Positions 19,319 through 30,386 of a DNA stretch of 64,000 nucleotides are shown piece after piece. Within the stretch, counting starts at the first letter, position 1; each line of letters opens with the position of its first letter. Both the position numbers and the translations under genes were made by a program. The notes beneath the pieces were generated by a model. That model did no database searches, was not told the DNA's origin, and saw only the letters and a list, made by a program, of their open reading frames with translations. This stretch comes from Caldithrix abyssi DSM 13497 (lineage in GTDB: Bacteria; Electryoneota; AABM5-125-24; Hatepunaeales; Hatepunaeaceae). The stretch spans positions 3,333-67,332 of the forward strand of contig CAMBDS010000011.1 of assembly GCA_945865405.1 (NCBI GenBank). Reading direction: 5' to 3'.

Positions 19319-21099
19319 ACGGCGTTCCTCCACATCTTCCGCCATTTTCCCACAGACGCCACCAGAATCACCCAGACGCAAATCATCATGATCGCGGTTA
19401 GCGTCGCATCGACATAGCCGAGCGTCGGATTCGCGCCCGACCTTGCCATAGGCAAAAAGTTGTCGAAGATGTTCTTCCAACCCGCCGTCAAGGTCGTCGT
19501 CGTCACGAATACCATCGGAACGAGCGTTACCCAAATATACTGCTTTCTTCCTGTTTGCAATATGAGCGTCGTCCCTACGCAAAGTGCGATTCCGGCAAGT
19601 AATTGATTGGCCACGCCAAACATAGGCCAAATAGTGCTAATTGAGCCTGTAAAAATAAAGTATGACCACGCTGCGCAGACAAGGAAACTGGTGATGATCG
19701 TCCCCGGCAGCCAATCGTGTTCACCAAACTTGGAGTGAAAGCGCCCCGCCGTCTCCTGCACAAGAAACCGCGCCACTCGCGTGCCGGTGTCGATAGTCGT
19801 CAGTATGAAGAGAGCCTCAAACATGATGATGAAGTGATACCAATATGACATCAGCTTGCCCATGCCGGGGATCTTAGCGAAAATTTCAGCGATCCCAACA
19901 GCCAAAGACACTGCGCCACCGGGACGACCTTCGACGTTTTCACCGACCTCTTCGGAAAGGCGAGGCAAGTCAACCACTTCCATTCCAAGCGTTTGATACT
20001 TGGCTGGCGCCACATTGATCGCATAATAATCTGCCGGCTGAAGGCAGCTCGCCGCAATCATACAGGTAATGCCGATTAATCCCTCTATCAACATCGCCCC
20101 GTACCCAATTGGCCTGATATGCGACTCGAGACTAATCATCTTTGGCGTCGTCCCGGATCCGACCAGCGCATGAAACCCGCTAATCGCGCCACAGGCGATT
20201 GTGATAAAGACAAACGGGAAAAGTGACCCCGGAATGATTGGCCCGCCTCCGCCGACGAAGTTGCTGAACATCGGGGCTTTTAGCTCTGGATTGACAATCA
20301 TGATCCCTATTACGATCATCCCAATCGTGCCGATCTTCATGTAGGAACTGAGATAATCTCGCGGGCAAAGCAACATCCAAACCGGCAAAACCGAGGCGAT
20401 AAATCCATAGGCTGCCAGCGCTATCGTGATACCGTTTTTGTCCAGAACCAGCCAATGTCCTAAGGACGAGTGAGCCACCTCCCTGCCGAAAATCACCGCT
20501 AACAGTAGCCCGATAACCCCAATCACCGTCGCTTCACCGACAGCTCCGGGTCGGAACTTGTAGCTGTAAAGCCCCATAAAAAGCGCAAGCGGGATAGTAC
20601 ATCCGATTGTGAAGACCCCCCAGGCTGACTCCTTCAGTGCATTGACGACCGCCAAACCTAACCCTGCCAAAGCTATCACAACAACGAAAAGGATGGCGAT
20701 GCTCGCCATTACTCCGGCAACTGGCCCTATCTCACGTCGGGCAATTTCGGCAAGCGATATTCCCCCACGCCGGGTTGACCCCCAAAGTATGATGAAGTCG
20801 TGGACGGCTCCCGCCAACACGACGCCTATCAATATCCAAAGAAATCCGGGCATAAATCCAAATTGCGTTGCCAACACCGGCCCAATCAGAGGCCCCGCTC
20901 CTGTGATCGCGGCAAAGTGATGCCCGAAAAGAACCCACTTTTTCGTCGGGACGAAGTTCTGGCCGTCGTATCTAGTGTGAGCCGGTGTTCGAATGGAATC
21001 ATCCAACACCGCGACTTTGGTGGCGAGAAACGCGCTGTAGAACCTATATGCTATCGCCAGCACGCAGAGCGTGCCGATCATAATGGGAAGGGCGTTCAT
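19315..21099 (-). CDS. cstA: Carbon starvation protein A family peptide/pyruvate transporter
   Basis: [52 protein letters not shown]. Confidence 0.95.
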   Translation of the reverse strand: MNALPIMIGTLCVLAIAYRFYSAFLATKVAVLDDSIRTPAHTRYDGQNFVPTKKWVLFGHHFAAITGAGPLIGPVLATQFGFMPGFLWILIGVVLAGAVHDFIILWGSTRRGGISLAEIARREIGPVAGVMASIAILFVVVIALAGLGLAVVNALKESAWGVFTIGCTIPLALFMGLYSYKFRPGAVGEATVIGVIGLLLAVIFGREVAHSSLGHWLVLDKNGITIALAAYGFIASVLPVWMLLCPRDYLSSYMKIGTIGMIVIGIMIVNPELKAPMFSNFVGGGGPIIPGSLFPFVFITIACGAISGFHALVGSGTTPKMISLESHIRPIGYGAMLIEGLIGITCMIAASCLQPADYYAINVAPAKYQTLGMEVVDLPRLSEEVGENVEGRPGGAVSLAVGIAEIFAKIPGMGKLMSYWYHFIIMFEALFILTTIDTGTRVARFLVQETAGRFHSKFGEHDWLPGTIITSFLVCAAWSYFIFTGSISTIWPMFGVANQLLAGIALCVGTTLILQTGRKQYIWVTLVPMVFVTTTTLTAGWKNIFDNFLPMARSGANPTLGYVDATLTAIMMICVWVILVASVGKWRKMWRNAV

Positions 21100-21104
21100 A
21101 CAAT

Positions 21105-21632
21105 TTAAGAGTTATTAGTTTGTAAAAAGGGAGCCTTACCTTTACTAACCCAATCGGGAGCCGAACCGACCTTTTGGCGAAGGATCAAGTTCATCTGTGC
21201 AGAGTGATGTTGAATGTGCCGGATGTTGTAGATGAACAGCTCGGCTATCCCAAGTCCCTTCCGTCGTGAAGGAGCCATCTGGTCTGTGGTGCTTTCGAGC
21301 AAAACGTGCGCCTTGCCGCGGCCAATAGCAAGGTAGGACAGAACCACATCTTTGTCATAGGGCAAGTCGGGAAGAAGTCCGCCCGAACCCATTTCACGCA
21401 AGTCGAGGGGCTCAGGCGGAGCGAACTCCACTTTCAGATCGGTCATGTAGAAATCGAGCCAGAAGGCCGTGTGCCAGGCCAGATACCAGAAACCGACGAT
21501 ACCTCGAGGATTCCATTCAGGCTTTTGCGAATTGCTCCAAACCTCTACCGGACATGCCCGGACAGCGTTCTCCATCGTTTCGATAGAGGCGCAGATTTGG
21601 CTCCAAAGGATCTTCTTAAGTTCAGTATCCAT
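21105..21632 (-). CDS. DinB family protein
   Basis: [15 protein letters not shown] and [19 protein letters not shown] His motifs. Confidence 0.85.
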   Translation of the reverse strand: MDTELKKILWSQICASIETMENAVRACPVEVWSNSQKPEWNPRGIVGFWYLAWHTAFWLDFYMTDLKVEFAPPEPLDLREMGSGGLLPDLPYDKDVVLSYLAIGRGKAHVLLESTTDQMAPSRRKGLGIAELFIYNIRHIQHHSAQMNLILRQKVGSAPDWVSKGKAPFLQTNNS

Positions 21633-21675
21633 GACAAGCCCCCTCAACCTTTCTCTAATACTGCGAAAATGAAGG

Positions 21676-22587
21676 TTAACTAATTCTTTGGTACTCTTGG
21701 TGCAATTCTTTCAAAGCTTCTCGTAATGAGGGCATCTCTGTTTTCAGATCCCGTCTCAACTTGCCATTCGTCATTGAGCAGTTCAGCGGACGCTTTTCGT
21801 CTGATTGAAAATCTGCGCTCGTTGTAGGCATTATTAGGTTAGGATTTAAGCCGAAAACTCGCGCCAGCTCCAGCCCAAACTCCAAGCGGCTGATCGAATC
21901 GTTGCCGCAAAGGTGATAAGTTCCGTTCAGGTCGCCTGTTGCAAGCTCAACTAAAGTGTTACACAAAACAGGCAGGTATATCTGGCTGCGGTATTCGTCG
22001 CTAAATAGTTGAATTTTATCGCCACGCTGTAAACTCTCGATCACCTGCTCGGTGAACCGCTTCCGATAGCGATTGATACCGTAAACCAGAGCAACTCTAC
22101 CCACAATGTAAATGCTGCATACCGACTTTACAACTTCCTCCGCTTCCAATTTGGTCTTGCCATACGTGCAAATCGGGTCGGGAAGGTCATCTTCTGAGTA
22201 ATTGCCTTTCCCACCATTGAACACAATATCGGTCGAGAGATAAACCAGTTTAGCGCCTACCTTTTCAGCGGCACGAGCTATGTTCTCAGTACCATGAACA
22301 TTGACTTCAATTGCCAGATCGGGGTTCCTTGCGCATGGAATAATTCCATTGAATGCTGCGCAATGGATAATTGTGGTGGGTGAATAGCGCGAAATCGCTT
22401 CGCAAACCTGCCCGGAATCGCGAACATCAAGTCTTAATATCTGACCCAAAACACTTTCTTCAGGTGCGTCCGTCGAGTGAATTGTTCCTATTGTCTCATT
22501 TTGAGATGAGCAAAATTTCGCAAGAGCCGATCCGATAAACCCACCAACTCCTGTAATTAAAACACGATGCACGTTTTGATTACTCAC
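21676..22587 (-). CDS. RmlD-like (dTDP-4-dehydrorhamnose reductase family) SDR oxidoreductase
   Basis: GVGGFIG, YLSTDIVFNG, YGKTKLEAE. Confidence 0.85.
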   Translation of the reverse strand: MSNQNVHRVLITGVGGFIGSALAKFCSSQNETIGTIHSTDAPEESVLGQILRLDVRDSGQVCEAISRYSPTTIIHCAAFNGIIPCARNPDLAIEVNVHGTENIARAAEKVGAKLVYLSTDIVFNGGKGNYSEDDLPDPICTYGKTKLEAEEVVKSVCSIYIVGRVALVYGINRYRKRFTEQVIESLQRGDKIQLFSDEYRSQIYLPVLCNTLVELATGDLNGTYHLCGNDSISRLEFGLELARVFGLNPNLIMPTTSADFQSDEKRPLNCSMTNGKLRRDLKTEMPSLREALKELHQEYQRIS

Positions 22588-23971
22588 GCTTCATCTCGAC
22601 CCCTACTACCATGCCCTTTGAGTGCATAAAGTGTTGTCTTTCCAATCTTTTTAATAATAATAATTGTGCTCCAGCTATAGAGATCGAAACACCGGGAAAG
22701 CTGAAGCGGGTTGACTTCACAAATAAAGCTGCTTTTAAAGTTGCAATTTTTTCATCGACCTCTCGAAGTTCATCGTTTAGTACAACAAGATTTTCTTTCA
22801 AATCGTTTTCCGCTGAATAGAGCGATCCATAAAGTCTTTGTCTTGATGCATCTACATTACCTACACCTAAATCTGATTCAACCATTTTCTTCAGGGCATT
22901 CTGAATTTTTGCCAGTTGTGACTCAACGCCTGCGATGAACTTCCGTTGGCCTTCCGCCTTTGATTCAAGATCTGATTCGAATGTCAAAGTAACTTCGGTT
23001 CGGGCTTGAGCCTCGTTTCCGAGAGTCTTGCATTCTACACTTAACTTAGCTGTTGTAGTGCCCCCCACAAGAACCCCGGCTCCACCATTTAGTTTGACGG
23101 ACTGCCCGGCGAATAGTCGAGCATTTGTAGCCTCATTAGCGATTATTATATCGCGACCTGCTTTAACCTGTTGATTATGAACATAACGGATTATGACGTC
23201 TTCAACAGCACTTATTGATCCTTTCCCCGCACCGATGAATCCCCCTCTAACTATGACGCTAATCCCAGATTCGATAGTTGCATCCTCGACAACTCCCTTT
23301 ACTTCGACAATACCAGTAGCAACTATCTTGAATCCACTCAGAACATCACCATGAACAATCACATCTCCATTAAAATCAATATTACCGGTTGTATAGTTTA
23401 AGTCGCCTTTAACTTGATATACTGTTACGACTTCAATCTGTTCGTGATGGGCCAGCCTGACATGACCATAAGCATCAGACATAAGAGCTTCGTCATTCCC
23501 GTCAACAAAACTGGTGTTTTTCCCACGATGAAGCTCTGCTTTCCGCCCGGATTTTGCCGGCAAAACATGGCCTTGAATATCAAAACCCGCTGTACCACTG
23601 ATAGGGGGAATGACGCGTGCCAACAGTTGTCCCGGTACGACTTTCTGCACCAAATTAACATTCATATAATCGACAGAGCCGTCATCCCGTATTTCAGGCG
23701 AAATAGTTGGGGTTGGATTGAAATTGTATTCTATTCTACCTCTTTTACCTGCAATTGGCTCCTTTCCTTCTGCAATCAGTACTTCTCGATTGAAGACCTG
23801 CTCCCCCACCATTTCTTCAACATTTTCTTGCAGTAATCCCGAATATACACCCGAAGTCTTTATGAATTCAAGAACTCGCTCTTTGGTAAATACATCGCCA
23901 ACCACCTCAGGAGATACTGTGAGATAAGCATGCATCAATGTGCGGTCTATTTTCAGACGAAGAATTGGCAA
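22580..23971 (-). CDS. FapA / DUF342 family protein
   Basis: DGSVDYMNVNLVQKV, GDLNYTTGNIDFNGDV, beta-helix repeats, C-terminal coiled coil and FPGV. Confidence 0.88.
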   Translation of the reverse strand: MPILRLKIDRTLMHAYLTVSPEVVGDVFTKERVLEFIKTSGVYSGLLQENVEEMVGEQVFNREVLIAEGKEPIAGKRGRIEYNFNPTPTISPEIRDDGSVDYMNVNLVQKVVPGQLLARVIPPISGTAGFDIQGHVLPAKSGRKAELHRGKNTSFVDGNDEALMSDAYGHVRLAHHEQIEVVTVYQVKGDLNYTTGNIDFNGDVIVHGDVLSGFKIVATGIVEVKGVVEDATIESGISVIVRGGFIGAGKGSISAVEDVIIRYVHNQQVKAGRDIIIANEATNARLFAGQSVKLNGGAGVLVGGTTTAKLSVECKTLGNEAQARTEVTLTFESDLESKAEGQRKFIAGVESQLAKIQNALKKMVESDLGVGNVDASRQRLYGSLYSAENDLKENLVVLNDELREVDEKIATLKAALFVKSTRFSFPGVSISIAGAQLLLLKRLERQHFMHSKGMVVGVEMKRE

Positions 23972-24040
23972 CTGCCATCCCTGGGAAAATTCGTTAGGTC
24001 ATTCTGTAATATAACCCCAATATTGCAAATTATAAAGCAA

Positions 24041-24073
24041 AAAGCGGCGTCTCTGATTTATCGAACGCCGCTT
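24041..24073 (-). terminator. Rho-independent terminator after acs
   Basis: AAGCGGCGT...ACGCCGCTT inverted repeat with a U-tract on the minus strand. Confidence 0.6.
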
Positions 24074-24116
24074 GAAGGTAACTCAAAAAGATTCTGCAAT
24101 TCACTGTCGCAACGAC

Positions 24117-26063
24117 TTAGTCCTCTTCATACTTCATCTTCAATTCTTCGACTACCGATGGATCCGCTAGCGTTGTGGTATCTCCCAGAACTTTGCCTGT
24201 GGCAATATCTCTTAGCAGTCTCCGCATGATCTTACCGGAGCGTGTCTTAGGCAGATCCGACGAGAAGATTATCTGCTCAGGCCTGGCAATATTACCAATC
24301 TTTTGGGCAACGTGCTCCTTCAGTTGAGCCGCAAGATCATTGGAAGCCTCGATCCCACCCTTCAAAGTGACAAATGCAATTGGCGCCTGCCCTTTAATCT
24401 CATGTTGGATGCCAACGACCGCTGCCTCAGCCACCATCTGATGATCGACAAGTGCTGACTCGACCTCCATGGTAGAAAGATTGTGCCCCGCCACCAGCAT
24501 CACGTCATCAACCCGTCCCAACAACCAGAGATACCCATCCTGATCAACCTTTACACCGTCAGCCGGAAAATAGGCGTGAGGCCATTTGGACCAGTATGTT
24601 TTGACGAATCTTTCGTGGTCGCCCCAGATCGTACGCGCCATCCCGGGCCAAGGCTTGGTGATGCCAAGAAAACCTCCACCCTCAACAATCTCGTTCCCTT
24701 GTTCATCGAAAACAGCCGCACTTATGCCTGGAAACGCTTTGGTCGCCGACCCCGGCTTGGTAGGGATCAATCCTGGAAGTGGCGCGATCATAATGTGCCC
24801 CGTCTCGGTCTGCCACCACGTATCGACTATCGGGCAGTTGTCGCCGCCAATATGCTCCTGATACCACATCCACGCTTCCGGATTGATAGGTTCCCCTACT
24901 GACCCGAGCAATCTCAAGCTGCTCAAATTGTGCATTTTGGGCCACTTGACACCCCACCGCATAAACGAGCGAATGGCGGTCGGCGCGGTGTAAAATATCG
25001 TCACTCCGTAGTCTTCGATCAATTTCCAAAAGCGGTTTTTGTCAGGCCAATCGGGAGCCCCTTCGTAAATAAGCTGTGTCACTCCGCAAGCCAACGGCCC
25101 ATATACAACGTAAGAATGACCGGTCACCCAGCCGATATCCGCAGTACACCAGAAAAGATCTTGCGGCTTCATGTCGAACACAAGCTTTGTCGTGGCATAA
25201 ACACCTGTTAAATAGCCGCCAATGGTGTGCAGGATACCTTTCGGTTTACCGGTGGTTCCCGATGTGTAGAGAGTGAAAAGAGGGTCTTCGGCATCCATAA
25301 TTTCCGGTTCGCAATCGGGAGCCGCTCCATCGACCAACCTGTGCCACCAATGATCGCGCCCTTCTGTGATATGAACGGGAAAATCTCCGCGTTTAAAAAC
25401 GATCACATCCCTTATCGTTGGACAACCTTCGAGTGCGATATCGGCATCGTGTTTGAGAGGAATAATCCGCCCTCTTCGCCAACCTCCATCTGCGGTTATC
25501 AAAAGCTTTGCGCCAGCATCATTGATCCGCTCGCGTAACGACTCCGGCGAGAACCCACCAAAAACAACCGAATGAACTGCTCCAATGCGCGCACATGCCA
25601 GCAACGCAATCGGCAACTCAGGAATCATTGGCATGTAGATGGCGACCCGGTCGCCCTTTTCGACGCCGAGTTTTTTTAGAGCATTTGCAAATTTGCAGAC
25701 AGCCCTGTACAACTCATAGTAAGTTAGTATCCTTCGGTCTCCCGGCTCACCCTCCCAGATGAAAGCCGCTTTGTGCCGTCTGTCGCTTGCGACGTGAACA
25801 TCTAGGCACGACTCGGTGATATTCAGTTTACCACCAACAAACCATTTGGCGTCGGGACGATTCCATTCGAGTATTTTGTCCCACTTTTTCCGCCAGACAA
25901 GCTGACTGGCAAAAGAGGCCCAAAATGCCTCTGGGTCATTTGCCGCCTTTTTGTAGATGTCAAAATCGTTGGCGTTAGCCTGGGCAGAAAACTGCTTGGA
26001 GGGTGGAAAGAGTCTCTCTTCACTGAGCAGAGTTTCAAGAGTTTTTGCTTTGGAATTTGGCAT
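24117..26063 (-). CDS. acs: Acetyl-CoA synthetase
   Basis: [45 protein letters not shown]. Confidence 0.97.
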   Translation of the reverse strand: MPNSKAKTLETLLSEERLFPPSKQFSAQANANDFDIYKKAANDPEAFWASFASQLVWRKKWDKILEWNRPDAKWFVGGKLNITESCLDVHVASDRRHKAAFIWEGEPGDRRILTYYELYRAVCKFANALKKLGVEKGDRVAIYMPMIPELPIALLACARIGAVHSVVFGGFSPESLRERINDAGAKLLITADGGWRRGRIIPLKHDADIALEGCPTIRDVIVFKRGDFPVHITEGRDHWWHRLVDGAAPDCEPEIMDAEDPLFTLYTSGTTGKPKGILHTIGGYLTGVYATTKLVFDMKPQDLFWCTADIGWVTGHSYVVYGPLACGVTQLIYEGAPDWPDKNRFWKLIEDYGVTIFYTAPTAIRSFMRWGVKWPKMHNLSSLRLLGSVGEPINPEAWMWYQEHIGGDNCPIVDTWWQTETGHIMIAPLPGLIPTKPGSATKAFPGISAAVFDEQGNEIVEGGGFLGITKPWPGMARTIWGDHERFVKTYWSKWPHAYFPADGVKVDQDGYLWLLGRVDDVMLVAGHNLSTMEVESALVDHQMVAEAAVVGIQHEIKGQAPIAFVTLKGGIEASNDLAAQLKEHVAQKIGNIARPEQIIFSSDLPKTRSGKIMRRLLRDIATGKVLGDTTTLADPSVVEELKMKYEED

Positions 26064-26122
26064 TAGAAATGTTGAAAGTTGAATTGCTATTGAAATCAGG
26101 CAATACTAAATTCACTGAACTC

Positions 26123-27358
26123 CTACTTCAGGAAATTTAGAAATCCGGTGATAATCAGCGCATTAGTGAAATCTACGAAGAACGCGCCGACTATCGGGAC
26201 TATCAGGAAGGCTCGAGGCGCAGGGCCATGCTTTTCGGCAATCGCATGCATGCTCGCCATAGCGTTGGAGGTCGCACCCAAAGCAAACCCGATCAAACCC
26301 CCGGCCATAACTGCTGCATCGTAGTCCTTGCCCATGAAACGATAGACGAGATAGTAAGCGAATATCGCCATGAAAATGATTTGAACAATCAAGATAACCA
26401 GCATCGGCAAAGCCAGATCGAGAATATCCCATAGCTTCAAACCCATCAGTGCCATCGAGAGGAAAAGTGAGAGAAAGATGGTACTAAGGTCATCGACGAC
26501 GCGAGGCTCGATCTTAATCTTTGCAATCGGAAGCGTATTGCAGAAAATTCCAGCAATTACCATCGCCCCAATGTAGGCAGGCAGGGTGAAGTACTGACCA
26601 AGCCAGGTGCTAAGATGTCCGCCAATGAACATCGCAACCAAGATGATCGTAATAATCTTAAGTAATTTGAAGGCGCTTGGAGATTCGCCGACCGGTTCCG
26701 TATCGATATCGCCTTCGTAGGACGCCAGATCCTTCGCCATCTTGTCCGAACCTTTGCCGAACGAGTCCCTATTGTGAACAGGTTTATGTTTTTTTATCAG
26801 CGCCAGAACAATCGGTCCGGCAACCAATCCACCGGTCATCAAGCCAAAAGTCGAAGCCGCCACCCCCAACGGGACTCCTCCGACAAACCCGTAGGAATCT
26901 TCCATCAACTTTCCAAAAGCGGCACTCGTCCCCAACCCCCCAATCAACGAAATCGAACCACCCAGTAACCCAAGAAACGGATGTGTGCCAAGCGGATAGG
27001 TCAGCAGTACCCCAATGACGTTCTGGAATACAGCCAGCAACGTCGATAGCACCAAAAAGACGACAACCTGAATTCCGCCAATCTTGATTAGCTTCAAATT
27101 GGCTCCAAGTCCAATTGTAGTAAAGAACGCAATCATCATCGGTGATTGGAGTTTATTATCAAATTCAAAGTTCAGAATATTGTTCATCCTCAGCCCGAGC
27201 GCGATGAAAGCAAAAAGCAACCCCCCCACGACAGCGGATGGTATGCTATACTTTTCGAAGACCGGAAATTTCCGTTTGATACCGTGACCGATAAAGAGTA
27301 CAACCGCTGCCGCGGCGAGCGTTTGCACCATATCGAGCTTGATGATCGTCGGTCCCAT
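26123..27358 (-). CDS. gltS: Sodium/glutamate symporter
   Basis: IPSAVVGG, FFTTIGL, DYDAAVM, AFLIVPIVGAFFVD; start placed at ATG 27358 with SD GGAG. Confidence 0.92.
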   Translation of the reverse strand: MGPTIIKLDMVQTLAAAAVVLFIGHGIKRKFPVFEKYSIPSAVVGGLLFAFIALGLRMNNILNFEFDNKLQSPMMIAFFTTIGLGANLKLIKIGGIQVVVFLVLSTLLAVFQNVIGVLLTYPLGTHPFLGLLGGSISLIGGLGTSAAFGKLMEDSYGFVGGVPLGVAASTFGLMTGGLVAGPIVLALIKKHKPVHNRDSFGKGSDKMAKDLASYEGDIDTEPVGESPSAFKLLKIITIILVAMFIGGHLSTWLGQYFTLPAYIGAMVIAGIFCNTLPIAKIKIEPRVVDDLSTIFLSLFLSMALMGLKLWDILDLALPMLVILIVQIIFMAIFAYYLVYRFMGKDYDAAVMAGGLIGFALGATSNAMASMHAIAEKHGPAPRAFLIVPIVGAFFVDFTNALIITGFLNFLK

Positions 27359-27529
27359 AAACTCCAATTCCTTCCCGGGTTGTGGTTAAGGTTATCATGA
27401 GGTATTAAGGTATAAAAAGAAATGCAGTTCGGCAAGTGTCTGGTGGGCGAAAGCAGGTTAATTCGGGGTGCTATTCAAGAAAATCACATTAACGGATCGA
27501 TAAAAAGATTGTCGATCATCTCCGAGCTG

Positions 27530-28543
27530 TTAATCCTCCACCTTCAACCTTCTTCCCATCAGTTCCATTGTCGCTTTGAGCGGATCGGCATCCTCAAAAA
27601 GTATCCGATGAACCTGTTCGGTGATCGGCATTTCGACCCCCTCACGCTTCCCCAGAGCATACGCCGATGCCGTCGTTCTGACGCCTTCCGCCACCATATG
27701 CATCCCTCCGAGGACGTCTTTCAGCGACCGCCCCTGGCCGATCTGCTCGCCAACATAACGGTTTCTCGAATGACGGCTGCAACAGGTTGTTATCAGATCC
27801 CCCATCCCCGAAAGTCCGGCAAAGGTCACCGCTTTGCCGCCTAACTTCATTCCAAGTCGGCTGATCTCAGCGAGGCCTCTCGTCAGCAAAGCCCCTTTGG
27901 TGTTGTCCCCAAAACCCAATCCGTCGGCAAGTCCAGCCGCTATTGCTATAACGTTCTTGAGCGACCCGCCAAGTTCCACACCAACAACATCGTCGGAAGA
28001 ATAGACGCGAAATCGGTCTCCCGAAATAAGCCTCTGCACCCGATGCGCTGTTTCGATATCGATTGATGCCGCAACGACACTCGACGGTAAACCCATGACG
28101 ACTTCTTCGGCATGGCTCGGACCGGAGAGAGCTGTGAACATGTTCTGGTCGAACTTGTCCCCCCAGACATCACCCAATACTTCCGACATGCGCATCAGGC
28201 TCTCCTGCTCAACTCCTTTCGCTACCGAGATAACGACAACTCCTTTGCCGGGTCCGTCGACGATTCGTCCAGCAGTGCTGCGAAATCCATGAGTAGGAAT
28301 TGCCATGATGATGTAATCTACGCCGTCGATAGCTACCTTAATATCTCCTGTAATTCCGAGATTTGAGGGAAATGGATAGCCCGGAAGAAATTCCTTGTTC
28401 TCCCGATCCAATTCTATCAACATGACCGCATCAGATCGAAACTCCCACAACATAACGTCTTTGCCGCTCTTGGCAAGCATTAGCGCGAGCGTAGTCCCCC
28501 AACTTCCTGCTCCAAGAACCGCGACCTTTGCTTCAGTTGCCAT
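27530..28543 (-). CDS. gpsA: Glycerol-3-phosphate dehydrogenase [NAD(P)+]
   Basis: GAGSWGT, LSGPSHAEEV, LKNVIAIAAG, GDLITTC, SRN. Confidence 0.96.
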   Translation of the reverse strand: MATEAKVAVLGAGSWGTTLALMLAKSGKDVMLWEFRSDAVMLIELDRENKEFLPGYPFPSNLGITGDIKVAIDGVDYIIMAIPTHGFRSTAGRIVDGPGKGVVVISVAKGVEQESLMRMSEVLGDVWGDKFDQNMFTALSGPSHAEEVVMGLPSSVVAASIDIETAHRVQRLISGDRFRVYSSDDVVGVELGGSLKNVIAIAAGLADGLGFGDNTKGALLTRGLAEISRLGMKLGGKAVTFAGLSGMGDLITTCCSRHSRNRYVGEQIGQGRSLKDVLGGMHMVAEGVRTTASAYALGKREGVEMPITEQVHRILFEDADPLKATMELMGRRLKVED

Positions 28544-29156
28544 GAGATTGACTCCTTCCAATCTTAAGTTCTGTCCCAATCCATAACCTTTTCAGGTTTT
28601 CCAAATGTGTCAATATCAAGATAATCGGAACGAAACAGACCGCGAATAACTCGGCTCGCGTCACATTTCCTCCCCACCAAACGAGTAAAGGAAAACACCC
28701 CCCTGCTGAAAGCGACGCGACAGAAGAGTACTTGGTTGCCAGCGCCATAACTCCCCAAACCGATAGCGAAAGCACCGCCGCGAGCGGGTGAACGGCAAGT
28801 GCCACGCCGGCGATTGTTCCAACTCCTTTACCGCCTCGAAAGCCAGTGAAAGGTGACCAGATATGCCCCGCAACAGCAAAAAGCCCAAGGAACGACGGGT
28901 AATCACTCCATACATTCTCACCACCCAGCAACGGGAAATACTTCGCGGCGATGTATCCCTTCCCAAAATCTACCGCCACAACAGCCAACCCCCACTTCAA
29001 CCCAAAGATGCGCCAGACATTGACTGCCCCTGGATTGTGCGAGCCAAAATCACGCACGTCCCGACCAAGCAGGAACCTGCTTAGCAAGACTCCGGTCGGA
29101 AAACCTCCCAGTAAGTATGCCAATATCGCAACGAGAATCGCGCTCACAAAGGGCAC
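28533..29156 (-). CDS. plsY: Glycerol-3-phosphate 1-O-acyltransferase
   Basis: DVRDFGSHNPGAVN, DFGKG, GHIWS..FRGGKGV, HLENLKRL. Confidence 0.94.
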   Translation of the reverse strand: MPFVSAILVAILAYLLGGFPTGVLLSRFLLGRDVRDFGSHNPGAVNVWRIFGLKWGLAVVAVDFGKGYIAAKYFPLLGGENVWSDYPSFLGLFAVAGHIWSPFTGFRGGKGVGTIAGVALAVHPLAAVLSLSVWGVMALATKYSSVASLSAGGCFPLLVWWGGNVTRAELFAVCFVPIILILTHLENLKRLWIGTELKIGRSQSHGN

Positions 29157-29160
29157 TCTT

Positions 29161-30144
29161 TCAAGACGGAGTTACCCTTCCGATTATCTGCGGAACTCCC
29201 CACTCCCCCCAGGACGCGGCAGTTGCCATACTCGCATTCTCAAGGGTTAAAACAGCAACCAACCCGATCCCAAGGTTGAATGTCCGCCGCATGTCTTCCT
29301 CAGCGACATTTCCAGTGCGTCTGATCATGTCGAATATCGGCAATTCGGGCCAGACTCCCCAATCGAACTCTGCCTTCAAACCCTTGGGTATTATCCTTGA
29401 CGAGTTCCCTTCTATCCCACCACCGGTTATATGCGCCAAGCCTTTTACCGCAAATTCCGTCTTCAAACGGCGAATGACTTCGAGGTAACACCGGTGCTCG
29501 GCGAGCAATGCGTCGGCAACTGTAACGTCGGTTCCCGGAAGGTTAGCTCCGAAATCGATTCCCGCATCCTTGAAGATTCTCCGCACCAGCGAAAAGCCGT
29601 TTGTGTGCAACCCTACCGAAGGGAAGCCAACTAACAGGTCCCCTTCACATATCGACTTGCCATCGATGTACTTATCCTGATCGACAACGCCGACGATGCA
29701 ACCGACAAAATCAAGCTCCCCCTCTACATAAACCCCCGGCATCTCAGCTGTCTCCCCGCCGACAAGTGATACCCTCCACCGTTTGCAAGCCTCGACAGCC
29801 CCACCGATCACCCTGACGGCGGCATCGGGGTCGAGTTTCCCCATGGCGATGTAGTCGAGGAAGAAAAGCGGCTCTGCTCCGCAGACCGCGATGTCTCCAA
29901 TCGAGTGATGCACCATATCGCGGCCTATCACTTCCCAACGGCCTTGTGAAGCGGCGACAGCGGTTTTGGTGCCGACGCCGTCAATCGAAGAGACCAGCAT
30001 CGGCTTCTCGTAACCGGCGAAATTAACCGGAAAAGCCCCGCCGAAATGGCCGATCCCTTTTCCTGCCGCCCCCATAAGCTGTTTGATCCCGGAGACGACC
30101 TTCTCTCCGGCCTCAATGTTAACTCCTGCCGCCTGATAATTCAT
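29161..30144 (-). CDS. purM: Phosphoribosylformylglycinamidine cyclo-ligase
   Basis: YQAAGVN, DGVGTK, GGETAEMPG, GLHTNGFSL, HITGGG, TFNLGIG. Confidence 0.96.
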   Translation of the reverse strand: MNYQAAGVNIEAGEKVVSGIKQLMGAAGKGIGHFGGAFPVNFAGYEKPMLVSSIDGVGTKTAVAASQGRWEVIGRDMVHHSIGDIAVCGAEPLFFLDYIAMGKLDPDAAVRVIGGAVEACKRWRVSLVGGETAEMPGVYVEGELDFVGCIVGVVDQDKYIDGKSICEGDLLVGFPSVGLHTNGFSLVRRIFKDAGIDFGANLPGTDVTVADALLAEHRCYLEVIRRLKTEFAVKGLAHITGGGIEGNSSRIIPKGLKAEFDWGVWPELPIFDMIRRTGNVAEEDMRRTFNLGIGLVAVLTLENASMATAASWGEWGVPQIIGRVTPS

Positions 30145-30320
30145 ATTCTCGATGTATTCGATTTGGATTTGATGTGCAGTCTGCCAATTCTGCAACTAAT
30201 ATAATAAAGAAGCGGTTGCGAGGCTCGGAAAAGATCCAATTCGCGTCAAACTGACGAATGAAGTAGCCTCAGCGATTTGATAGATCGTTTTCAAAACAGT
30301 GTAGAAATTATCTTTGGTTC

Positions 30321-30356
30321 AAAAAACAGGAGTCAACGCTCTGCCGTTGACTCCTG
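30321..30356 (-). terminator. Rho-independent terminator after the PKD lipoprotein genes
   Basis: Perfect 12-bp inverted repeat CAGGAGTCAACG/CGTTGACTCCTG followed by T6 on the minus strand. Confidence 0.8.
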
Positions 30357-30386
30357 ATTATTAACTATCTATTCTGTGCAAACAAA

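Noticed and set aside
19319-19630. N-terminal extension of the GyrI-like ORF given in the track
   Set aside because: It overlaps cstA in another frame; the ATGA-coupled start at 19318 fits the domain boundary.
30219-30230. CGAGGCTCGGAA matches the tRNA-Leu 3' region (34860-34871) at 11 of 12 positions, suggesting an att site around the PKD/NHL genes
   Set aside because: The match is short enough to be chance, there is no integrase, and the tRNA still has its terminator directly downstream.
30145-30320. Possible riboswitch upstream of purM
   Set aside because: No ZTP or purine riboswitch consensus was recognisable by eye; an Rfam scan would settle it.
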